The notes under the pieces: model-generated | What the model was told of the DNA's origin: nothing | The model's input: the letters and a program-made list of their open reading frames with translations, nothing else | Database searches by the model: none | Program-made: the position numbers and the translations under genes | DNA from: Candidatus Saccharibacteria bacterium RIFCSPHIGHO2_12_FULL_41_12 | GTDB taxonomy: Bacteria; Patescibacteriota; Saccharimonadia; Saccharimonadales; 2-12-FULL-41-12 | Direction of reading: 5' to 3' | Length of the DNA: 64,000 nt | Assembly: GCA_001790445.1 (NCBI GenBank) | Contig: MGCQ01000001.1 | Coordinates: 104,462-168,461 of the forward strand | Shown here: positions 20,477 to 27,593 of the stretch, piece by piece | How the letters are laid out: each line of letters opens with the position of its first letter | How positions within the stretch are numbered: position 1 is the first letter of the stretch

Positions 20477-21022
20477 ATGTTTGAAGTATTAAAAACAAAA
20501 TCCACAGACTCTAGATCCAGAGCTCGAGTTCCTTTCCGAACTAATTTAATTGCTGGCAGAATACTAGATCAATACATCGAGAACAGAGATAGGGTTGTAG
20601 GGATGAAAGAAGCCCACAAGGGGTTAGATCCAGATGCATATGGGATTGGCACTATATTGACTTTTGCTGAAAATAAGGTGGTGACCATACCAGCCTCAGC
20701 TTATAGGAAATTCGGCCACATGCCCCCTGCTCAAATAACAGTAGCACAAGCTATAGTGCCTTTTGTTGGAGTAGTTGCTCCAATCAAAAATTCTGGACAG
20801 GCTATAGTTGGATTTCAAGAAACACCGCATGGGCTACTTAGCCCTACGTTAATGCCAGAACCAGATGAGTCTGGACATGTCTTTAAGGGCGTAGACGAAG
20901 AATTTGGTATTACTGGTGAGTTATTTTTTGATGACATAAGGATAGCTAGAGAAATTCCTATGGACGGCTTCAGACTGAGACACTACCTGAATCCAAGTGA
21001 TCTTGAGAACATGTCATTTTAA
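20477..21022 (+). CDS. Hypothetical protein
   Basis: 181-aa ORF with no recognisable motif. Confidence 0.5.
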   Translation: MFEVLKTKSTDSRSRARVPFRTNLIAGRILDQYIENRDRVVGMKEAHKGLDPDAYGIGTILTFAENKVVTIPASAYRKFGHMPPAQITVAQAIVPFVGVVAPIKNSGQAIVGFQETPHGLLSPTLMPEPDESGHVFKGVDEEFGITGELFFDDIRIAREIPMDGFRLRHYLNPSDLENMSF

Positions 21023-21105
21023 CAAATATATTTACTAAATGCCTTCTCTCATGTAGAATTATTCTAGTTGACTTGTGAAAAAGTATCACAAGCATTAGTC
21101 GCTGT

Positions 21106-21180
21106 TCCCGGGTAGCTCAATGGTGGAGCAAGAAGCTGTTAACTTCGAGGTTGTCGGTTCGAATCCGACCCCGGGAGCCA
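21106..21180 (+). tRNA. tRNA-Asn (GTT), CCA encoded
   Basis: 75 nt. Acceptor TCCCGGG/CCCGGGA, D stem GCTC/GAGC, anticodon loop CTGTTAA, T arm GTCGG-TTCGAAT-CCGAC, then G-CCA. Confidence 0.95.
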
Positions 21181-21181
21181 T

Positions 21182-21226
21182 CCTCCGTCGCTATGTTTTG
21201 ACATAGCTATGGGGGATTATTTTTTG
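21182..21226 (+). terminator. Hairpin plus T-run terminator directly after tRNA-Asn
   Basis: Stem GCTATGT/ACATAGC with an outer CCTCC/GGGGG extension, followed by TTATTTTTT. Confidence 0.65.
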
Positions 21227-21268
21227 AGTCGGACTTGAACAAGACAACCCATACAAGCCAGCTTGGAT

Positions 21269-21357
21269 GGTAGTTGTCGGTTCGTTCATAAGAAGCTCTC
21301 GCAGAAGCTTGCTCCGAGAAAGCTTTGCAGTGTGCCAAAGGCAGCCCCACCCCGAGA
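21269..21357 (+). repeat. tRNA-Asn-derived T-arm fragment carrying a ~62-nt insertion (repeat B), a direct repeat of 23890-23975
   Basis: GTTGTCGGTTCG + insert (TTCATAAGAAGCTCTCGCAGAAGCTTGC…GGCAGCC) + CCACCCCGAGA. Roughly 90% identical by eye to the 23868-23980 copy. Confidence 0.8.
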
Positions 21358-21379
21358 ATCAATTCAGATTCAAGATACT

Positions 21380-21417
21380 GTTAGAACCGATTCCCCTCGT
21401 TGGGAGTCGGTTCTAAC
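21380..21417 (+). other. 16-bp perfect-stem hairpin in the leader of the KaiC-like gene
   Basis: GTTAGAACCGATTCCC-CTCGTT-GGGAGTCGGTTCTAAC with one G-U pair. No following T-run. Confidence 0.6.
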
Positions 21418-21541
21418 CATTTCTGGGAACTGTAAAAGGCCCCATTCATTTTTTCTAGTGAACCTACGCATTTGATTGCATTTATCCTCTGAGTTAGCTA
21501 TCATTTAGATACAAACAACTAATGTTTTTTCATCTGGGCGT

Positions 21542-23335
21542 ATGATAGATAATAGCGATGTTCAACCTAACTTAGACAATACGAATGATCAAGAGATATT
21601 TGAATGCGAAAAAAATCAATTGTTAAATGATAGAAATACTTACCCCCCTACTTCTGCTTCAGTAGAGAAGACACTCAACACGGATATACGCCCCACTGGC
21701 ATCCCAGAACTTGATCAAGTTCTTTATGGAGGAATGCCTTCAAACGCAACTGTTATTTTAGCTGGCGGACCTGGCACAGGAAAAACAACACTCGCCTTGC
21801 AATGGCTTGTCGCAGGGTACAAACAGTACAATGAACCCGGTCTATACATCACAGCTACCGAGCCCATCAACAAAGCTTTAAGCAATTTAAAAAAACATGA
21901 GTTTGGCAAAGAATTTGTAATGAACAAAGATACTATAGTTTTTGAAGATCTTCGGACAATTATTAGTAATCTGAATATGAAAGAAGAGAATCTTGTCGAC
22001 GAAAATCTTGATCGGATTATTGACGCAATCTCTGATTTAATTCAGACAAGCGGTGCCAAGCGAGTCGTTATTGATTCTATTACCGCTCTCACATATGGCC
22101 TCCAGGAGAAAAGCCAAGTTCGCAAATTCATTCATCATATGGACGCCCTTATAACGCTTTCTGGCGTAAATATTATTTTAATCTCAGAAGCGTCAGGTGC
22201 TGACCGCTCCGTTTTTGGGGTTGAGGAATTTATAGCTGATGGCATCATCAGATTGACACGAGCCAGGGAGAGCAACGAACTCGTTCATTATCTAGAAATT
22301 ATAAAAATGCGCACGATATCATATAATTCACGACCAATCTCTTATAAAATTACGCCACATGGAATTAAGTTATTTCCTGACACAGAACAAGATTTGACTT
22401 ATCAATCATCATCTAAGCGCATTACTACAGGTATCCCCGGTTTAGACGAAATGACCGGCGGGGGATTTATAGAAGGATCAGCTATACTTGTCACCGGCAC
22501 ATCAGGAGCCGGCAAATCAATCTTGTCCCTACAATTTTTGCAAAATAGATTGCTGGAAAAACAAAATGCGGTTCTCGTTTCCTTTGAAGAATCTAAAGAG
22601 CAAATATACCGAAATGCAAAATCTTTCGGGTGGGATCTCGAATCTTATGAGAAAAATGGTCAGCTCACTGTACTTACAGGATTCCCCGAAAGCAAATATC
22701 CCCAGGAACACATACTAACTATCCAAGAATTGACCGAAAAAACAAATGCCAAGTTTTTAATATTTGATTCTATATCGGCGGTAGAAAGTACATTTTCTTC
22801 TGAAAAAGCACGTGATATGATCACGCATCTCAATGCTTATTTGAAATCTAAAGCCATAACCACCATATATACGAATGCGACACAGACACTTCTTGGCTCA
22901 ACACAAGTAACTGACTCGCGGCTCTCTACGATTACTGACCAAATCATTATGTTACGATACGTTGAAGTGCAGTCGAAATTACGTCATGCGCTCCTCATAC
23001 TTAAAATGCGTGGAAGCAGCCACGATAAAAGTGTGAAAGAGATAGTGTTTGACACAAGTGGTTTAAGAATTACAAATGATTTTTCTGGAATGGAGGGAGT
23101 TCTGACCGGAAGCGCGAAACAAGTTTCCGCATCAACTGAAGAAAAAGTGCATTCTTTATACATGGAGATGCTGGGACCAATGGGAGAAAAACTGTTCAAT
23201 CAAGAGAAAAAAGGCGGTCTATCAGCTACCAAAATACACCTTATGATCCAGGATCTAGCAGATCAGGGAATTCTTGCGAAAGAAAAAAAAGAAGAGTTCT
23301 TTTCTAAAATTAATTCTATTTTTGGCATCAAATAA
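21542..23335 (+). CDS. KaiC-like double RecA-fold ATPase
   Basis: 597 aa. Two tandem KaiC/RadA-like domains with Walker A GGPGTGKT and GTSGAGKS, each preceded by GIP.LD. Has ~55-aa N-terminal and ~80-aa C-terminal extensions. Confidence 0.85.
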   Translation: MIDNSDVQPNLDNTNDQEIFECEKNQLLNDRNTYPPTSASVEKTLNTDIRPTGIPELDQVLYGGMPSNATVILAGGPGTGKTTLALQWLVAGYKQYNEPGLYITATEPINKALSNLKKHEFGKEFVMNKDTIVFEDLRTIISNLNMKEENLVDENLDRIIDAISDLIQTSGAKRVVIDSITALTYGLQEKSQVRKFIHHMDALITLSGVNIILISEASGADRSVFGVEEFIADGIIRLTRARESNELVHYLEIIKMRTISYNSRPISYKITPHGIKLFPDTEQDLTYQSSSKRITTGIPGLDEMTGGGFIEGSAILVTGTSGAGKSILSLQFLQNRLLEKQNAVLVSFEESKEQIYRNAKSFGWDLESYEKNGQLTVLTGFPESKYPQEHILTIQELTEKTNAKFLIFDSISAVESTFSSEKARDMITHLNAYLKSKAITTIYTNATQTLLGSTQVTDSRLSTITDQIIMLRYVEVQSKLRHALLILKMRGSSHDKSVKEIVFDTSGLRITNDFSGMEGVLTGSAKQVSASTEEKVHSLYMEMLGPMGEKLFNQEKKGGLSATKIHLMIQDLADQGILAKEKKEEFFSKINSIFGIK

Positions 23336-23356
23336 TGCTTATGTTAATATAAAAAC

Positions 23357-23854
23357 ATGGACAACACGCCCCTAGACGTTTCTGCTATTATCCTAAATAT
23401 TATTGCTACCATGATCTCTTTCAGTGTGATTGTGCTGATGATCATCCTTATTATGAGAACAAAACTTCTGAGGAGGGGTCTAACGTTTATCAGTGTAGGT
23501 TTTGGAGTTGCAGTATTCTTGCATTTACTAGCTGATTCTTTAGAATTGGCTGGCTATCTGGGCAAGGGCACCCTGATGGATATTATGCCTATATTTATTG
23601 CTGTCGGATCTATCTTAATATTTATTGGGTGTTATAACCTGTTAAAAATTACAAGACCTATCAATAAACTGACAGAAGAAGTACAAAGTATCTCCACTGG
23701 TAAACTGGATATTGAATTGTCTGGAATAGATAGAAAAGACGAGCTCGGAGAGCTAGCGAAAGCTTTTAACCGAATATTAGTAAGTCTCAAACTCGCCATG
23801 AGAGAACAACCAGTCGCAGGATCAGAAATAAGCGAAAAGACCAAAGAAATTTGA
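23357..23854 (+). CDS. Membrane protein with a HAMP domain and no output domain
   Basis: 165 aa. Three TM helices, then HAMP-like ITRPINKLTEEVQSISTGKLDIEL…DELGELAKAFNRILVSL. Confidence 0.75.
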   Translation: MDNTPLDVSAIILNIIATMISFSVIVLMIILIMRTKLLRRGLTFISVGFGVAVFLHLLADSLELAGYLGKGTLMDIMPIFIAVGSILIFIGCYNLLKITRPINKLTEEVQSISTGKLDIELSGIDRKDELGELAKAFNRILVSLKLAMREQPVAGSEISEKTKEI

Positions 23855-23867
23855 AAAGCTAAAAACA

Positions 23868-23980
23868 AGCAAGAAGCTGTTAACTTCGGGGTTGTCGGTT
23901 CGTTCACAAGAAGCTCTCGCAGAAGCTTGCTTCGAGAAAGCTTTGTAGCATACCAAAGGCAGCCCCGACCCCGGGAGCCA
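23868..23980 (+). repeat. Partial tRNA-Asn copy (anticodon arm to CCA) with a 62-nt insertion in the T loop (repeat C)
   Basis: AGCAAGAAGCTGTTAACTTCGGGGTTGTCGGTTCG + 62 nt (23903-23964) + CCGACCCCGGGAGCCA. It lacks the acceptor 5' strand and the D arm. Confidence 0.85.
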
Positions 23981-23999
23981 AATACAACAAGAAATTAAA

Positions 24000-24030
24000 A
24001 GACTGACTTTCTGTAACTGGTCTTTTTTTT
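24000..24030 (+). terminator. Probable terminator (weak stem, T8 run)
   Basis: AGAC…GTCT stem followed by TTTTTTTT at 24023-24030. Confidence 0.45.
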
Positions 24031-24060
24031 ATTTATTCACCATGCCTAGAAACCTTGTGC

Positions 24061-24089
24061 TTGATATTTTTACTGTTTTATTATACAAT
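24061..24089 (+). promoter_or_regulatory. Promoter TTGATA-17 nt-TACAAT for a leaderless transcript
   Basis: -35 at 24061-66 and -10 at 24084-89. The ATG at 24096 lies only 6 nt after the -10. Confidence 0.6.
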
Positions 24090-24095
24090 ATCTGA

Positions 24096-24872
24096 ATGAC
24101 AAAAGAGATTCTTGTAGCTAAATTTGGTACGAAGTGTGTTGTTAATGGTGGAGCTATCGCTCAAAACCGTGTAAATCGTCACGCCAAAAGATTCTCACGA
24201 CTTTTAGACAGTCATAGACTTGGAATAGTTAGTTCAGGAGCCGTAGGATCAGGTAGCCGCAGAATTGCAAGCCGCAGACCAGACTTAACAGATAAATTAG
24301 ATAAGCGTACGCTTGCAGCAATAGGCAGCCCAAGTGCTTTCCATACCTGGAGAAGGGCGTTTGGACGACTCGAATTCGAAGGAATGCCAATTGTTGCAGC
24401 AGAGCTTAAAGCAACTCATGACAACATGGACCACCCTGACGAAGGGAAAAGTTTGGTAGAAGTTTTTCTCAACTGTGTCAATCACGGAATTATTCCAGTG
24501 TTTAACATAAATGACCCTCTGGACAGATATAAAGACGAGTTAGGCGGTATTGAAGCAGGAAGAGACAATGACCACGCAGCCGAACACCTAGCACGAAAAG
24601 TTGGGGCAAATACATTAATGTTGTTAACTGCAAAAGTAGGCGGAGTTATAATTGACGGGCAAATCCAGCCAACAATTTCGGTATCCGACATAGGTGATTT
24701 AGATACTCATCTTACTGGTACAGACGAGGACGGCACAGGATCAATGGCCAGCAAGTTGCAAGCAGGGGCGAACGCACTTCAAGGTGGTGTCGAAAATGTA
24801 TTTATTGGTAGCTCAAGTTCTGATCCTCGAGAAATCCTTGCCAGGCACATAGGCACCCAACTCATACCATGA
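24096..24872 (+). CDS. Glutamate 5-kinase-like amino-acid kinase (kinase domain only, no PUA)
   Basis: 258 aa. KFGT, VSSGAVGSG, LAAIGS, IPVFNINDP, DNDHAAEHLA and GTGSMASKLQAG parallel ProB. Confidence 0.7.
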   Translation: MTKEILVAKFGTKCVVNGGAIAQNRVNRHAKRFSRLLDSHRLGIVSSGAVGSGSRRIASRRPDLTDKLDKRTLAAIGSPSAFHTWRRAFGRLEFEGMPIVAAELKATHDNMDHPDEGKSLVEVFLNCVNHGIIPVFNINDPLDRYKDELGGIEAGRDNDHAAEHLARKVGANTLMLLTAKVGGVIIDGQIQPTISVSDIGDLDTHLTGTDEDGTGSMASKLQAGANALQGGVENVFIGSSSSDPREILARHIGTQLIP

Positions 24873-25072
24873 GTTAGTAAATACCGAAATAGTTCTAACT
24901 TCCGTCACTATTGAGGACCATGAAAGATGAATCCTAATAGACTTATTTTTTGATATACTGATTATGTTGATAAGTCCAGATATTCAAATAGCTCTTTTGG
25001 TTTCTTAAGAATAACTATCTCTGGCAAACCCGCACGAAGAGACTCAATATTAGCTAAATAAGGAGTCATCAG

Positions 25073-25231
25073 ATGTCAAAAATGACAAAAGAAGATGAGA
25101 TGCGCTGGTACGAACAGTCAAGAAAGCATTGGCGTTCGTGGGGTTCATGGTTCAGCTGGGGTTCTCCTGTGGGGTTAGGTCTTTTTGTGCTTGCCCTCGC
25201 AGGTGCAGTCTGGATCATTGCTCAAATCTAG
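25073..25231 (+). CDS. 52-aa small membrane protein
   Basis: Hand-found ORF with a strong SD (AAGGAG, 8 nt upstream) and a C-terminal TM (LGLFVLALAGAVWIIAQI). A terminator follows. Confidence 0.55.
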   Translation: MSKMTKEDEMRWYEQSRKHWRSWGSWFSWGSPVGLGLFVLALAGAVWIIAQI

Positions 25232-25245
25232 GGAGCAACCAGTAG

Positions 25246-25281
25246 CAAAAAACAGAGCGTACCAAAAGCGCTCTGTTTTTA
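25246..25281. terminator. Bidirectional Rho-independent terminator
   Basis: AAAAAACAGAGCG-TACCAAAA-GCGCTCTGTTTTT, an 8-bp stem flanked by an A-run and a T-run. Confidence 0.75.
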
Positions 25282-25338
25282 GTTGGAGGGTCGAGAGACC
25301 GACCAGGTTCCTATATCCGGCGATGCTGACTTTACACG

Positions 25339-25354
25339 ATACCCCTGAGGGTAT
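25339..25354. promoter_or_regulatory. Inverted repeat ATACCC-CTGA-GGGTAT, a CsoR/RcnR-type operator-like site
   Basis: Dyad read from the sequence ~70 nt upstream of the 25422 CDS. An extra GGGTAT half-site sits at 25374-79. Confidence 0.4.
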
Positions 25355-25421
25355 ATCATGAAAGTATGATAGAGGGTATTAAAAACAAGCCTTGCACCGC
25401 TCAAAAATCTTTTAAGGTCAG

Positions 25422-25856
25422 ATGAAAGGCTTAGAGAAAATAAGAGGAAGAAGAAAAATATTTTTAGGGATGGGAGTGTTTCTGGGCTTACTGGCTTCTG
25501 GGCTCGCTGGCTATTATGTCGGGAATTCTTCAAAAGCAAACAGAATAGTTAAAGACCCCCAAACAATAAAGAATGCTGATACTAAACAAGAGAAAAATCT
25601 GTATGACGGTAGCAGTTTAACTCTGTCCGAAATGTACAGTAGTCTTCAAGGAGCCTCGGGCAGTGATTTTGACCATCGGTTGTTGGTGTATGAAATAGCA
25701 ATCAAGCAAAATGAGACAGGCATGCTGCGTATTGCCAAAGAAAAATCGCAACAAGATTCAATGAAAAAGTACATTGATATTCAGATGGGACAAAATGATA
25801 CAGTCGCAAAGATGCTCTATGAATGGCAACGTAATTGGGGGTTCAGTCATCATTAA
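25422..25856 (+). CDS. Membrane-anchored protein, divergent DUF305-like four-helix domain suspected
   Basis: 144 aa with an N-terminal TM. The C-terminal pattern D.F…Q.E…M…W…WG is reminiscent of DUF305, but the HH motif is not conserved. Confidence 0.4.
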   Translation: MKGLEKIRGRRKIFLGMGVFLGLLASGLAGYYVGNSSKANRIVKDPQTIKNADTKQEKNLYDGSSLTLSEMYSSLQGASGSDFDHRLLVYEIAIKQNETGMLRIAKEKSQQDSMKKYIDIQMGQNDTVAKMLYEWQRNWGFSHH

Positions 25857-25972
25857 TAGACGGATTTTATAACATAGTTACGGAGTAGTCGATCACCAAA
25901 AATCTCGTAGTCACTTTGGGTGATTATTTTTCATTTATTGAGTAGTCAGCCCAGAGAATGTAAAATATAGTT

Positions 25973-26242
25973 ATGACAACGAAAGTGAAAAAAATTGTTG
26001 GTGGGGTTGTACATGAATTACCAAATGATTTTAGGGATGCAATTATTTCTGACGCTAAAGTTCTAGCACTATGGGAAGATATTACACCACTGGCACGAAA
26101 TGAATGGATCTGCTGGGTGGATTCTGCTAAAAAATCAGAGACAAGAGATCGACGAATCAAAGTCGGCCTATCCAAAATGCACTCAGGAATGCGTCGCCCT
26201 TGCTGTTGGGTCGGCTGTATTCATCGAACAAAACAAGCGTAA
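25973..26242 (+). CDS. YdeI/OmpD-associated (OmdA) family protein
   Basis: 89 aa. TPLARNEWICWV.SAKK.ETR..RI and C-terminal RRPCCW.GC.HR motifs. Confidence 0.6.
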   Translation: MTTKVKKIVGGVVHELPNDFRDAIISDAKVLALWEDITPLARNEWICWVDSAKKSETRDRRIKVGLSKMHSGMRRPCCWVGCIHRTKQA

Positions 26243-26364
26243 GCGTGCCTGGACGAGGTGTTTCTAGATAACAAGCCACAGGCAGCTTTGCTCTAGGTCC
26301 ACCAGTTAGGAGAAGCCGACAACACTTGCCAAGCCTCCGCTTTTGTGGTATTTTACTTACCAAG

Positions 26365-26874
26365 ATGCCCCGAATAAATCCCGAATATCTAGATAGAGAT
26401 GAACCATTTCGTGTACCTGTAGGTGATTTTAGGTTCATATCAAGAAAACCCACCAAGGCAGAGCGCAGAGAGGTACTTTGGCAAGATGGTTGTCTGGCAG
26501 AAGAACTGGGAAAAGTAAGTGGATACAATAGTGCATCTGACGTTACTAGCAATAATACTACTTACGGAGACAAAAGACTCTTTGAAGACGGGAGCACTGA
26601 AAGGTTAATAGGATGTTCCAGCTGCGGGGCAATGTGTACGATTGTTACAAGCCCTCGTAAAGGAACCGGACCTGGTACTGAAGAAGACCCAAATAATGTG
26701 CTCAGTGTAGCTGAAGCGCCACTACCAAACCCATGGATGGAATTAGGCAATTTTTCTGATTGTAAAATAGGAAGAGTTCAAGTTCCTGAAGGAGCAAATG
26801 CTCTTACAGAACCCCACGGATTAAGCGAGCTCCAAAGAGTTTTTGTAAAGATTAGTCATGGTGTAGCTGATTAA
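26365..26874 (+). CDS. Hypothetical protein (Cys-containing, CSSCGAMC)
   Basis: The ORF is open from 26326, and ATG 26365 (MPRINPEY…) is preferred. It competes with an antisense ORF at 26157..26552. Confidence 0.4.
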   Translation: MPRINPEYLDRDEPFRVPVGDFRFISRKPTKAERREVLWQDGCLAEELGKVSGYNSASDVTSNNTTYGDKRLFEDGSTERLIGCSSCGAMCTIVTSPRKGTGPGTEEDPNNVLSVAEAPLPNPWMELGNFSDCKIGRVQVPEGANALTEPHGLSELQRVFVKISHGVAD

Positions 26875-27060
26875 GCTGTTAGTGATATTGGCCAATACCG
26901 TAAGCATCTAGCAAATCTTGTATTTATAATATGCACGTGATTAAACAATGCAGGATATACGTATTAACATTGGGGTGTTATAGTGCACATCTACTGAATA
27001 AACAAAGTTATGCCTTCAAAGACGAGACTTTAAATAGCAACATGTTATAATCAAGATGTA

Positions 27061-27528
27061 ATGAGTGACGAAAAGACGAGGCAAAAAGTTCTAGTTTTTC
27101 TAAAGCATAATCCACACGGCGTACTCTCAACAGTTTCTGCAGATGGAAAGCCGTGGGGTTCATCAGTTTATTTTGCCATCGACGAAGATTTTAACTTCTT
27201 TTTTATAACCAGAGTCAAAACCCATAAATACCGAAACATTGCGAAAAACCACTACTGTTCTATGACAGTTTCTGATAACGCTTCCCAGACAACGGTGCAA
27301 GCAGCCGGCAAAGTTACGCGCGTACCATCAAAAGACATTGTTAGCATTGTCATGAAAAAGCTAACACACACCAAGCCACACGACGACAACAAATGGGTCC
27401 CACCAATTGTCAAGGTCCATGGCGGGGATTATATGGTGCTGAGACTAACGCCTGAGGCATTGCAATACGCAAACTTCAAACAAACAAAGTCAGACATCAA
27501 CGAAAGTCACATAAAAAAAATCATCTAA
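27061..27528 (+). CDS. Pyridoxamine 5'-phosphate oxidase-family FMN-binding protein
   Basis: 155 aa. Split-barrel pattern (GVLSTVSADGKPWGS.VYF, typical PNPOx-like N-terminus). Confidence 0.6.
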   Translation: MSDEKTRQKVLVFLKHNPHGVLSTVSADGKPWGSSVYFAIDEDFNFFFITRVKTHKYRNIAKNHYCSMTVSDNASQTTVQAAGKVTRVPSKDIVSIVMKKLTHTKPHDDNKWVPPIVKVHGGDYMVLRLTPEALQYANFKQTKSDINESHIKKII

Positions 27529-27540
27529 CACAGTAATCTT

Positions 27541-27568
27541 TTGACAATTGCGAGTATTAGTGTATAAT
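27541..27568 (+). promoter_or_regulatory. Consensus promoter TTGACA-16 nt-TATAAT
   Basis: -35 at 27541-46 and -10 at 27563-68, upstream of the 27594 CDS. Confidence 0.7.
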
Positions 27569-27593
27569 TATAAATCTTGAAAGAGTGCAGACA

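Noticed and set aside
21263-21475. 70-aa ORF downstream of tRNA-Asn
   Set aside because: It is read straight through the tRNA-derived repeat B and the 16-bp hairpin. It has no SD and a Arg/Pro/Ser-rich composition typical of noncoding translation.
26157-26552. 131-aa minus-strand ORF
   Set aside because: It overlaps the end of the YdeI-family gene and the competing plus-strand ORF, and its Ser/Arg/Leu/Pro-rich composition suggests it is non-coding. It is kept only as part of the ambiguity noted in the findings.
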